From the NCBI GenBank assembly GCA_035540315.1, contig DATLGW010000287.1:1-29286 (forward strand): a stretch of DNA of 29,286 bases, in the 5' to 3' direction. How positions within the stretch are numbered: position 1 is the stretch's first letter; every line of letters starts with the position of its first letter. The notes beneath the pieces are model-generated. The model worked only from the letters and a program-made list of their open reading frames with translations. It did no database searches and had not been told where the DNA came from. The translations under genes were made by a program, and so were the position numbers. This DNA comes from Burkholderiaceae bacterium. Its GTDB lineage: Bacteria; Pseudomonadota; Gammaproteobacteria; Burkholderiales; Burkholderiaceae_E. Shown here in pieces: positions 16,261 through 25,275 of the stretch.

Positions 16261-18801
16261 ATGCCTGCCGCAACCGCACCAAGCCCCCGCCCGGTCAACG
16301 CTGCTCGTGCTAAAGCCGCCGAGCCGCGGGTATCGCGCACACGCCCGTCCGCTGAACTGTCGATCGAGGAATGGCAGATCCGCCTGCGCAAGCAGTTCGG
16401 TCGTGACCAGAACTTCAAGCTCGAGAACCTCGGTACGGACCCGGTGTTCTCCGAATTCGCCGTCACGAATCCCGCGACCGGTGGCCGCTACCGTGTCGCG
16501 GTCCGCGGCCCCGGGCTCGGCGAGAACTACTGCTCGTGCCCGGACTTCGCGACGAACGAGTTGGGCACCTGCAAGCACGTCGAGTTCACGCTGGCAAGGC
16601 TTGCGCGCCGGCGCGGCAAGGAACTCACGCGCAGCTATCTGCCGCCCTACAGCGAGATCCATCTGCACTACGGCAGCGCACGAAACGTACGCTTCCGCGC
16701 CGGCAGCACGTGTCCGCCCGGGCTGATGGCGAAGGCCGCGCGGATTTTCGACCAGTCCAGTGGTTGGACGCTGCCGTCCGACCGGGTGGCGGAACTGCCG
16801 CGGTTTCTTGCGGACGCTCGCAAGTTCGGGCACGAGGTCCGCTGCTATGACGACGTCCTCGCTTTCACCGCCGAAGTCCGCGATGCACAGAACCGCCGCC
16901 GGGTGCTCGACGCCGCGTACCCGAATTCCAAGAAGCTGCTGTTGAAGGGGCTGCTCGCGGTCGATCTGTACCCTTACCAGGCGCAAGGGGCGTTGTTCGC
17001 AGTCCGCGCCGGCCGCGCGCTACTCGCCGACGAGATGGGGCTCGGCAAGACGGTGCAGGCGATCGCTGCGGCCGAGCTGATGCACCGTCATTTCGGGGTC
17101 GAGCGCGTGCTGGTCGTGTGCCCGACCTCGATCAAGCACCAGTGGCAGCGCGAGTTCGCCCGCTGCGCTCGGCACGAGCCGCAGGTGATCGGCGGGCCGC
17201 GCGCCGCGCGGCAACAGCAATACCGTGACCCGGTGCCGATCAAGATCACGAACTACGACACGCTCGCACGCGACCGCGACCTGATCGGCGCTTGGGCGCC
17301 CGATCTCGTCATCGTCGACGAGGCGCAGCGCGTGAAGAACTGGAATACGGTTGCCGCCCGGGCGCTGCGGCGCATCGACAGCGCGTATGCGCTGGTGCTG
17401 ACCGGCACGCCGCTCGAGAACCGGCTCGAGGAGCTGCTGTCGATCGTGCAGTTCATCGACCGTCACCGATTGGGCCCGACCTGGCGGTTGCTGCACGAGC
17501 ACCAGGTGCGGGACGAGTCCGGCCGCGTGGTCGGCTACCGCGATCTCGACCGGATCGGCGCGAGCCTCGCCCCGATCATGCTGCGCCGGCGAAAGACCGA
17601 GGTGCTCGACCAGTTGCCGCCGCGGATCGAGAACACGCTGTTCGTGCCGATGACCCCGCAGCAGCGGGTCCACCACGACGAGAATGCGGAGACGGTCAGT
17701 CGAATCGTGTCGCGCTGGCGCAGGACCGGGTATCTGTCCGACGCCGACCAGCGCATCCTCACCTGCGCGCTGCAGAACATGCGGATGTCGTGCAACAGCA
17801 CGTACCTGCTCGATCATCGGACCGATCACGGCACGAAGGCCGACGAACTCGCGACGCTGCTGGCGGAGCTGTTCGAGGAGCCCGGCGCGAAGGCCGTCGT
17901 CTTCAGCCAATGGCACCGGATGCACGAGCTGATCGCGCGGCGACTCGAAGCCAACGGCTGGGGCTACGTGCTGTTCAGCGGCGATGTGCCAGGCGAGCAG
18001 CGCGGCGCGCTGGTCGATCGCTTCCGCGATGATCCCGGCTGTCGCGTCTTCCTGTCGACCGATGCGGGCGGCGTCGGGCTGAACCTGCAGCACAGCGCAG
18101 CCACGATCGTGAACATGGACCTGCCGTGGAACCCGGCTGTGCTCGAGCAGCGGATCGGCCGCGTCTACCGGCTCGGGCAGCAGCGCACGGTGCAGGTGGT
18201 GAACTTCGTGTCGCAGGGGACGATCGAGCAGGGCATGCTGTCGCTGCTCGCGTTCAAGAAGTCGCTGTTCGCCGGCGTGCTCGACGGCGGCGACAGCGAG
18301 ATCTTTCTGCAGGGAACGCGGCTGTCGAAGTTCATGAACGGCTTGGAGAAGGCGCTGGCGCGTGCGGGGCAACCGGAGGAAGTCTCAGTCGCCGAAACGG
18401 CAGCCGAGCGCAACCCTGCCGAGGGGGACGAAGTCGCCCCGGTCGCTGATGCGGATGCAGCCGACGCAGGCTCAGCGCCTGCGGATGCCAGCGGGACCGA
18501 GAACACCTCCCCGCAACGGACATCGGACGGCGCAACGAGTGTGAATCCGTGGGCGCCGCTGATCGAAGCCGGGCTGCAGGTCGTGCACGCGCTCTCGGCA
18601 GCGGCTCGGGAGGACAAGCGCGCCGCCGACGGCGCCGAGCCGAACGGCAGCCGCCCGGCCGATGACCCCACGCCCTGGATCGAAACCGACGCGCGAACGG
18701 GCAAGGCGTATCTGAAGCTTCCGGTTCCCGAGCCGGCGGCCGTGCAACGACTCGCGGACGCGCTGCTGGGATTGCTGCAACTGGGATCAGGGAGGAAGTA
18801 G
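16261..18801 (+). CDS. SNF2-family (SF2) helicase/ATPase with N-terminal SWIM zinc finger
   Basis: YCSCPDF...TCKH (SWIM CxC-xn-CxH), LADEMGLGKT, IVDEAQ, LTGTPLEN, STDAGGVGLNLQ, DLPWNPAVLEQRIGRVYRLGQ; acidic linker and short C-terminal domain. Confidence 0.93.
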   Translation: MPAATAPSPRPVNAARAKAAEPRVSRTRPSAELSIEEWQIRLRKQFGRDQNFKLENLGTDPVFSEFAVTNPATGGRYRVAVRGPGLGENYCSCPDFATNELGTCKHVEFTLARLARRRGKELTRSYLPPYSEIHLHYGSARNVRFRAGSTCPPGLMAKAARIFDQSSGWTLPSDRVAELPRFLADARKFGHEVRCYDDVLAFTAEVRDAQNRRRVLDAAYPNSKKLLLKGLLAVDLYPYQAQGALFAVRAGRALLADEMGLGKTVQAIAAAELMHRHFGVERVLVVCPTSIKHQWQREFARCARHEPQVIGGPRAARQQQYRDPVPIKITNYDTLARDRDLIGAWAPDLVIVDEAQRVKNWNTVAARALRRIDSAYALVLTGTPLENRLEELLSIVQFIDRHRLGPTWRLLHEHQVRDESGRVVGYRDLDRIGASLAPIMLRRRKTEVLDQLPPRIENTLFVPMTPQQRVHHDENAETVSRIVSRWRRTGYLSDADQRILTCALQNMRMSCNSTYLLDHRTDHGTKADELATLLAELFEEPGAKAVVFSQWHRMHELIARRLEANGWGYVLFSGDVPGEQRGALVDRFRDDPGCRVFLSTDAGGVGLNLQHSAATIVNMDLPWNPAVLEQRIGRVYRLGQQRTVQVVNFVSQGTIEQGMLSLLAFKKSLFAGVLDGGDSEIFLQGTRLSKFMNGLEKALARAGQPEEVSVAETAAERNPAEGDEVAPVADADAADAGSAPADASGTENTSPQRTSDGATSVNPWAPLIEAGLQVVHALSAAAREDKRAADGAEPNGSRPADDPTPWIETDARTGKAYLKLPVPEPAAVQRLADALLGLLQLGSGRK

Positions 18802-18815
18802 GTGCGAAACGATGA

Positions 18816-19135
18816 CATGAGCGCGGGCCATGCGCTGCTGCAAACGGGTGTGGCGTCATCGGCGTGCTGTCGTTCGCAGATGCCCGCCCGCGGGGTGCGT
18901 CGGAGAAAAATTACAACGAGGCCGACCAGTTCCTGGTCTCCGATCTCGTTTCGGCGGTCCGATTTGCACGTGGCGATCTTCGCTTCCACGCCGACTACAT
19001 CCGGGGCCGGCGGCTGAAGACCGAACTTGTCATCCGCGCAAACGGGACCGCGACACTCTGGGTCGGGGCAAGTCTACCCCTCGATGGATCGCGCGATTCA
19101 AGGGCGAGAGGATCGCGCGCGTGGTCCGGCAATGA
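18816..19135 (+). pseudogene. Frameshifted remnant of a hypothetical gene downstream of the SNF2 helicase
   Basis: Frame A gives VLSFADARPRGASEKNYNEADQFLVSDL...LRFHADYIRGRRLKTELVIRANGTATL; frame B continues TLGRGKSTPRWIARFKGERIARVVRQ* (stop at 19135). The switch is near 19050-19060. The protein-like reading is my impression, not a database match. Confidence 0.5.
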
Positions 19136-19211
19136 TTGTCCGCGACCGCGAAGTCGCAAATGTCGTCACGCTATTCCGGCGCCGCGTCGTTCGTGCCGCC
19201 CCATATCGAAG

Positions 19212-19495
19212 ATGGAGACTCTGCGTAAGCGGATGGAACGGCAGCGGCCAATGGTGTCGACACGTCACGCATGCCGCAGAATGTCATCGAAGATCTAAAA
19301 AGCGTGGCTCCGCTGAAAGGGTTCTCAGGCTATCAAGTCCTGCTGCGTGCGTATGTCGGCGCCGGCCTGCGAGAGGATCTCGAGCAGTTCGAAGAGTCCG
19401 CGGTCGAGCGGCTGATTCAGCGACTGCGGGAAAGTGGAGTTCCGGAAGAGACATTACGCAGAGCCGCCTCGGAGACACGCGGAAGGAAACGCTGA
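19212..19495 (+). pseudogene. CopG/RHH-like putative antitoxin with a 1-nt frameshift
   Basis: METLRKRMERQRPMVS (ATG 19212) and MPQNVIEDLKSVAPLKGFSGYQVLLRAYVGAGLREDLE (ATG 19271) are 59 nt apart; one added base near 19260 restores a single ORF. Confidence 0.65.
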
Positions 19496-19594
19496 GTGTC
19501 ACCAGCTTGTCCGCGCGCGGTCCCGACAGCTCCTGCTCCTCGATCCGCCCGCTGTGAAGCAGATGACCGAAGACAGGGCCCAACGTCAGCTCTG

Positions 19595-19606
19595 ATGCGT
19601 ACGCAT
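19595..19606. promoter_or_regulatory. Perfect 12-bp palindrome upstream of the second vapB
   Basis: ATGCGTACGCAT; TATGAT -10-like hexamer at 19617-19622. Confidence 0.5.
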
Positions 19607-19644
19607 ATCGCTGATTTATGATGCGGAAGCAGCGGAACGATACC

Positions 19645-19883
19645 GTGCGGACCACCATCGACATCGACGAGGATGCTTTGCTCGCAGCCAAGCAGATCGC
19701 GGCGCGCGAGCGGATCCCGCTTGGGCGAGCCGTCTCTCGCTTGATCCGCCAGGTGCAGAGGCCGACGTGCGCCGGAAGCCCGAGCCGCAGCCGCTGCGCG
19801 GACGGTTCGCACTGCTGCCGCGCCGCGAAGAGGCGATCACGCCCGAGCACGTACGGAACCTGATGGAGCGCGCAGGCATCTGA
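19645..19883 (+). pseudogene. vapB: VapB-type RHH antitoxin (MRTTIDIDED family), frameshifted
   Basis: GTG 19645 gives RTTIDIDEDALLAAKQIAARERIPLGRAVSRLIRQ; a second frame gives ...RGRFALLPRREEAITPEHVRNLMERAGI* (TGA 19881-19883). One extra G at CAGGTG (about 19752) restores the ORF. Confidence 0.8.
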
Positions 19884-19924
19884 TGCGGGCGCTACTGGAC
19901 GTCAACGTCTGGGCCGTCCTTTAG
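19883..19924 (+). pseudogene. vapC: 5' stub (13 codons) of a VapC PIN toxin
   Basis: TGATG coupling to vapB; MRALLDVNVWAVL* matches the LLDVNV PIN N-terminus; ends at the convergent jetD stop. Confidence 0.75.
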
Positions 19925-21096
19925 TCTACGGCCCGACTCAGCGACTGCATCGCTTCGTCCCACGGGATCCGCTCCTGCTCCAGCCGCACGTTGTGAGCGC
20001 CCCACGCGTGGCTGCGAAGCCCGTCATACGCCGAGCGTTCATGCGGCTCGAGACGCGACGGCTCGATCGCGCTCTGCACGGGCTCCTCCGACCAAAGCGT
20101 TCGATGACGCACCAGCGTCGCCGCGTCCATCAGGATCGAGCGCATCTGCGGCAAAACCTCCCGCGCGCGGTCGAGGATCACGAATCCGTGCGTGTCGACG
20201 TCGCCCCAGTAGATCGCTGCGGCTTCACGCAGCCACGCAACCGCGCGCAGCGCCCCGACCGCATTGCCCAGCCGCATGAACGCGACGGCTCCCGCGAGCT
20301 GGGGCAGTGCCAGCCCCGTCTCCAGATTCTCGACGACGATCGCCAGGGACGGCGCGATCGGAAGCCGCGCGACCTCGTCGACCGGGAGCTCGATGTCGTG
20401 CACGCCGCCGACCCGGCTGCGAAGCTGCGGGCACAGCAGCCGCATCCGAAGGCGGTGAGCCGGGCGCCTCAACCCGCAGACGGCGTACAGATCGCCGTCG
20501 CCGCAGCGGCCCAGCGCTGCGCGCACCAGCTCGGTCACCAGGCCCTTGCGGTTCTCGACCCATTTCGTGTCGAGGCCGGGCACCGGCAGCTGTCGCAGAT
20601 ACAGGTTCGACTCCGGATGGCGGTCCAGCCAGTCGAGGAGCGCGACCAGGCGCTCGAAATCGGAATCGCCGTAGTCGGCAAGAACGTCGAAATGCCGCGC
20701 GAGCACCGACGCCTCCGAGGCCAGCGACGGCCACCGGTCGACCATCCGTTCGTAGCGCTCGGCGGCGAGCGCCCACCGCGGCGCCTGACCTGCGACGGCG
20801 GCGATCTCCGCGGCCGAACGCAAGTCCAGGCTCGCCGGAAGCCGCTGACGACCCAGCCGCGGCCATTGCCGTTCCTCCCACCGCAGCTCGCCCGGCCCCG
20901 TCCATTCGCTCCACGCCGCGATCCACGCGCGAAACGCCGCCGGGTCGCGCGCGACCTCGTTCTCGGTGGGCGATCCGATCGCAACCCTCCACGGCCACTG
21001 ACCCTCGCCTGCCAGCCAATGCCGATGCCGGCTGGCGAAACGGCGCACCAGCAGCGCGCGCAGATCCTCAGGAAGCAGCAGTCGGTTGCGGCTCAT
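19921..21096 (-). CDS. jetD: Wadjet JetD (DUF3322 + DUF2220 Toprim nuclease)
   Basis: LYLRQLPVPGLDTKWVE, VENLE, YWGDVDTHGF (DxD) and RLEQERIPW motifs; last gene of a four-gene operon. Confidence 0.95.
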   Translation of the reverse strand: MSRNRLLLPEDLRALLVRRFASRHRHWLAGEGQWPWRVAIGSPTENEVARDPAAFRAWIAAWSEWTGPGELRWEERQWPRLGRQRLPASLDLRSAAEIAAVAGQAPRWALAAERYERMVDRWPSLASEASVLARHFDVLADYGDSDFERLVALLDWLDRHPESNLYLRQLPVPGLDTKWVENRKGLVTELVRAALGRCGDGDLYAVCGLRRPAHRLRMRLLCPQLRSRVGGVHDIELPVDEVARLPIAPSLAIVVENLETGLALPQLAGAVAFMRLGNAVGALRAVAWLREAAAIYWGDVDTHGFVILDRAREVLPQMRSILMDAATLVRHRTLWSEEPVQSAIEPSRLEPHERSAYDGLRSHAWGAHNVRLEQERIPWDEAMQSLSRAVD

Positions 21097-24000
21097 TCGT
21101 CTGTCGCGGATCTTCCGCGTGCTGCGGATCGGTCGTCTGCGCCGGCAACTTCAGCCGCTGCTGCTGCGCGTCGTACTCGATCATCAGCGCCGACGAGTGG
21201 CGGCGGTCGCGGATGTGGACGTAACACGCGCCGCCGATGAAGGGCTCGAGCGTCATCACCGACTTCAGCGGCGTGGCGACGATCATCTGAAAGCCGAACT
21301 CCTTGAAGATGTTCATTGCGATCGCGGTGAACTCGGCATCGGCCTTGTCGAAAGCCTCATCCAGCACGACGGTCGCGTACGCGGGCAGCGCGCGGTATGC
21401 GCCGCCCAACTGGTAGCGCAGCGCCGCTGCCAGGCACGTCGCGGTGAGCTTCTGTCGCTGTCCGCCGGACTTGCCCGCGCCGCTGCGGTAGATCTCCTGC
21501 TCCACGCCGTTCGAGTCGAGCTCGCGCGCGACGAACTCCACGTGCTGGCGCACGTCGAGCACCTGCGCGCGCCAGTGGCGATCGATGCCGTCCTGGCTCG
21601 ACAGGCGTCGCACCAGTTCGCTCAGGATCGAGAACCGGTGCTCGTCCCGGCCGGCGTCGTCGCTGAACGAGTGGCTCAGCGCGTCCTTGAGCGTCGTGCG
21701 GAACACGCGCACGTCGGCGAGCGGCCGCTCGATCGCGTCGATCACCAGGTGCGTTCCCGGGCCGAACTCCGCCGACTGCAGACTCTCGTTCACCAGCTCG
21801 AGCCGCTCGAGGATCGCGCGGCGCTCCTGGTCGAGCCGGCTCGACAGCATCGTCAGGTTCTGGTCGCTCTGCTCGCGCAGCAGGACCTTGAAACGGGTCT
21901 CGAAGCGCGGCAGCCCGTCGGTCTGCAGGCGACGCAGCTTCGCGAAGAAGTCGTCGGCGCTCTCGATCGTCGCATCCAGCCCGCCGCTCTCGGTGGGCCA
22001 GCGCCGGTTGAAGTCGGCGAACCGCGATTCGATCGTCGAGCGCAGCCGTCCCTGTTCCTCGACCAGGCGAGCTTTCTCGGCGCCCAGCTCGCGCACGACC
22101 TGCGTGGTAACCTGATCAATCGACTCCAGCGTGATTGCGCGGCCGGCTCGTGCGTAGCGCTCGGTGAGCCGCTCGCGCTGCAGTGGCGTCAGCGCGATCC
22201 CGACGATCTCCCGCGGCACCGCGTCCAGGCGCTTGCGCAGCTGCTCGATGTCGCGCTCGATCGCAGCGGCCGCCACCCCGGCCCGCTTGCTGTCGTCCCG
22301 CGCGCGATCGTACGCCGACTGCCGATCCGCGATGTCCGCGTCCAGCCGCGCCAGATCCGGTCGCGACGCCTTCTCCGACTGGATTCGCTGCGACAGTGCG
22401 GCAATCTTGCCGGCGGCGGACGCGACGTCGATCTCCGACCACGTCAGGTTGGCCAGCGACTGGCACGCGAGCAGCTGGGCGCGTTGCCGATCCTCGTCCG
22501 CCTTCGCGGCTTCGATCTGCCGCTTCAGCGACTCGATCTCGTTCGCCAGCTCGAGCGCGCGTTCCTCGAACAACGCCCGCTTGCTGCGGTTGTCGAAGCC
22601 CAGCACCCAGCGGCTGCGGTCGTCGACGCGTCCGCGGTCGTCCTTCTCGTGTCGCGACGGCCCGTGCTTGACCTGGCCCTGCAGCGTCACCGCCATCCGC
22701 GCGTTGCGGAACGCCTGCAGCGATTCGGTGCACTCATAGTCGAAGCGATCCCGAAGCTGGTCGCGAAGCCATTCCGCGTGCGGCCCCGCCGCGACCTTGA
22801 GCTTGCGGGCCAGGGAGTTCGCCGGCAAGGCGGCGCCCTGACCGGGCGCACGAGCGGCAGCCGCCGCACGCCCGCCGTCCGACGATGCGCGAGCGCCGGG
22901 CTGCTGCGGCATCACGCGCAGGTAGACGAGGCGCTCGCCGAGGTGGCGCTCGTTCAGGTGCGAAGACACCGCCGCGTAGTGGCGGTCGTCGACCAGCAGC
23001 GACAGCGCGAATCCGCGCAGCACCCGCTCGATCGCGCCTTGCCATCGGCGCTCGTCCTCATGCACATCGAGCAGCTCGGCGACGAAAGGCAGCCGGTCTT
23101 CGCCGATCCCGATCGCCGCGGCGAGCGCCGCACGCAGCTCGAGCATCCGCGCGTCGACATTCGAGCGCTGCCGCTCCATTGCCGCAATCTCGGCGCGGGC
23201 CTGCTGGAACTGCTCGCTCGCATCGCGCAGCCGACCCTTCAGCTCGTCCTTGCGCGCTTCGAGCGCGCCGGCGGCTTCGTTCGCGTCGGCGAGTTGCTGG
23301 CGCGCCGTTCCCGCGAGCCGCACGAACGGCTGCGCCGCGTCCGGCAGCGTCCAGCCCATCGTGCGGCACGCGTCGGCAGCCCGGTGACGCCGCTGCAGCC
23401 GCGCGAGCTTGTCCTCCTCGGCCTCGGCCGCCTGCTTCTGCAGCTGCTCGATCAACCCGCCGCCCATGCCGTGCCGCCGGTCCTGCAGCTCGCGCAGCGT
23501 CTGGAACAGCTGCTCCTCGAGCCCCGCCAGCCGCTGCGCCTCCTGGCGCGCGCCCTCGGCCTGGTCCTGCAGCTCCGACAGCCGCGCCTGCAGCAGCGAT
23601 TCGCGCTGTCGTTCGCGGAAGGCCTCGACCCCCGCCAGCGTCTCGTCGAGCTCGAGCTGAACGCCGCGCGCGCGCTCGAGCGCATCGGCTGCGTCGCGCG
23701 CAGGCTCGAGCGTCTCGATCTGCTGGCGCGCCGCGACCACCGCCTGGTGCGCCGAGTTCAGCTCGCCGAATTCCGCCACCAGGCGGTCCGCCACCTCGAA
23801 GGTCTGCGGCACGTCGAGCATGAAGTCGCGCAGGAAGGTGTTCAGGTCGCCGAGATTCTTCGCCGACTGCGTCTTGTGCAGCAGCCGCAGCGCGAGTTCG
23901 TTGTCGATGCCGAGCAGCCGCCGGAACCGTTCCTGATAGCCGCTGAACTCGTCGTGAACGAACGCATCGGGCAGCTCCCGCTTGAGTCGCCGCACGTCGA

Positions 24001-24538
24001 AGTCGGCCTTCGCGAAGAATTCGAGATTGCGAATATCGATTTCGCGCTCGAGCACGAGGTAGATGCGCTTGACGTCGGTGCTGGCCGTCGATCGGCCGCG
24101 GATCCACAGCAGCTGCGCGAGAACCACGACACGGCCGTGTCGGTTGCGGTACGTCTCTGCGATTGCCGACCAGGTCGTGCCGCTGCGCAGGTATTGCGAC
24201 AGGTACTCGCCCGATTCGCCCGTCTGCTGCGCCCAGGCGCCGCGGACATAGGTGACCAGGCTGCGGTCTCTGCCGTGCCGTTCGGCCTCGCGAGCGGCGA
24301 CGTTGAAATCGACCCACCGCGGCGGCGTCAGCAATGCGGCGTGCGCATCGAGAATCGTCGACTTGCCCGATCCCGACGGACCGACGAAGAGGAAGCCGCT
24401 CTCGGCGATCGGAAAATCGAAGACATCCGAGAACGTGCCCCAGTGATAGGTCTGGATCCGCGCGAGCCTGAACTGCTCGGCCGCGGCATCCAGGTCGACG
24501 CAAAGTTGGCGCTGCTCCGACGTCAGGTCGTTCTTCAA
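21068..24538 (-). CDS. jetC: Wadjet JetC (SMC/MukB-like ATPase)
   Basis: HWGTF, Walker A GPSGSGKST, long coiled coils, signature KSGGQ, Walker B VVLDEAF; TTG start with a TTGA overlap. Confidence 0.96.
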   Translation of the reverse strand: MKNDLTSEQRQLCVDLDAAAEQFRLARIQTYHWGTFSDVFDFPIAESGFLFVGPSGSGKSTILDAHAALLTPPRWVDFNVAAREAERHGRDRSLVTYVRGAWAQQTGESGEYLSQYLRSGTTWSAIAETYRNRHGRVVVLAQLLWIRGRSTASTDVKRIYLVLEREIDIRNLEFFAKADFDVRRLKRELPDAFVHDEFSGYQERFRRLLGIDNELALRLLHKTQSAKNLGDLNTFLRDFMLDVPQTFEVADRLVAEFGELNSAHQAVVAARQQIETLEPARDAADALERARGVQLELDETLAGVEAFRERQRESLLQARLSELQDQAEGARQEAQRLAGLEEQLFQTLRELQDRRHGMGGGLIEQLQKQAAEAEEDKLARLQRRHRAADACRTMGWTLPDAAQPFVRLAGTARQQLADANEAAGALEARKDELKGRLRDASEQFQQARAEIAAMERQRSNVDARMLELRAALAAAIGIGEDRLPFVAELLDVHEDERRWQGAIERVLRGFALSLLVDDRHYAAVSSHLNERHLGERLVYLRVMPQQPGARASSDGGRAAAAARAPGQGAALPANSLARKLKVAAGPHAEWLRDQLRDRFDYECTESLQAFRNARMAVTLQGQVKHGPSRHEKDDRGRVDDRSRWVLGFDNRSKRALFEERALELANEIESLKRQIEAAKADEDRQRAQLLACQSLANLTWSEIDVASAAGKIAALSQRIQSEKASRPDLARLDADIADRQSAYDRARDDSKRAGVAAAAIERDIEQLRKRLDAVPREIVGIALTPLQRERLTERYARAGRAITLESIDQVTTQVVRELGAEKARLVEEQGRLRSTIESRFADFNRRWPTESGGLDATIESADDFFAKLRRLQTDGLPRFETRFKVLLREQSDQNLTMLSSRLDQERRAILERLELVNESLQSAEFGPGTHLVIDAIERPLADVRVFRTTLKDALSHSFSDDAGRDEHRFSILSELVRRLSSQDGIDRHWRAQVLDVRQHVEFVARELDSNGVEQEIYRSGAGKSGGQRQKLTATCLAAALRYQLGGAYRALPAYATVVLDEAFDKADAEFTAIAMNIFKEFGFQMIVATPLKSVMTLEPFIGGACYVHIRDRRHSSALMIEYDAQQQRLKLPAQTTDPQHAEDPRQTNEPQPTAAS

Positions 24539-25275
24539 CGGACGCGCTCGCCGTCAGTGAGATCGTCCGCGGTAAGCTCGTCGTCCGGGGGCTCGTCGTC
24601 CGGCGACTCGTCCTCCTCCGGCTCGTCACCGTCGTCCGCCGGCCCCTCGTCGTCGTCGCGGCCCGGCAGCTTCGCATACGCGCCCGCCAGCGCCTGTATC
24701 TGCTCGGCCGAGAACAGCAGCTTCAGCGTCGGCGACACCTCGTAGCGGCCGTCGCTGCCGCGGATCTTGCGCAGCAGCCCGAGGCGCTTGGCCTTCTCGA
24801 TCGCGTTCTCCGCGTGGCGCGCGAACTTCGCGTGATCGACGTCGGCCTGGCGGCGGAACAGCGCAAGGTGCTCTTGCATCTCCAGCAGCGACAGCACCGC
24901 GCGCTCGCCCTGCACGTCCGCCTGGGTCAGTCGCTGGCGCAACATCAGCAGCAGCACCGAATCCAGGAAAGTCAGCTGTGCGCGACGCAGCAGCACCGGA
25001 ACGTCCAGATCGCCCTCGCTCGCGATCTGCCGCGTGAACGCCACCTGCTGGTCGCGGTCGATCACCAGCTCCAGGAACAGCTCGTGCAGCCGTGACCGGA
25101 CGACCGACTCGTCGCGCACCAGCACCGGCCACAGCCGCGACTGCCGGCGCGCGTCGATCGACGGGCCGAGCAGCAACTGAACCAGAACCCGCCGCGTGTC
25201 GATCGGCAGCTGCCCCTCGTCGCCTGCGAACGCGGCGCTCGCCGACCCGGCCACTTCACTCGGCCAGCTCTGCAT
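24535..25275 (-). CDS. jetB: Wadjet JetB (DUF4194, MukE-like)
   Basis: LVQLLLGPSID, SRLHELFLELVID, VAFTRQ, LTFLDSVLLL.LRQ and EVSPTLKLLF motifs; lies between jetA and jetC. Confidence 0.93.
   Translation of the reverse strand: MQSWPSEVAGSASAAFAGDEGQLPIDTRRVLVQLLLGPSIDARRQSRLWPVLVRDESVVRSRLHELFLELVIDRDQQVAFTRQIASEGDLDVPVLLRRAQLTFLDSVLLLMLRQRLTQADVQGERAVLSLLEMQEHLALFRRQADVDHAKFARHAENAIEKAKRLGLLRKIRGSDGRYEVSPTLKLLFSAEQIQALAGAYAKLPGRDDDEGPADDGDEPEEDESPDDEPPDDELTADDLTDGERVR

Noticed and set aside
21086-24745. 1219-aa plus-strand ORF, longer than JetC
   Set aside because: In-register antisense shadow of jetC/jetB. High-GC genes rarely use TTA/CTA/TCA codons, so the opposite strand lacks stops. 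No recognisable motifs.
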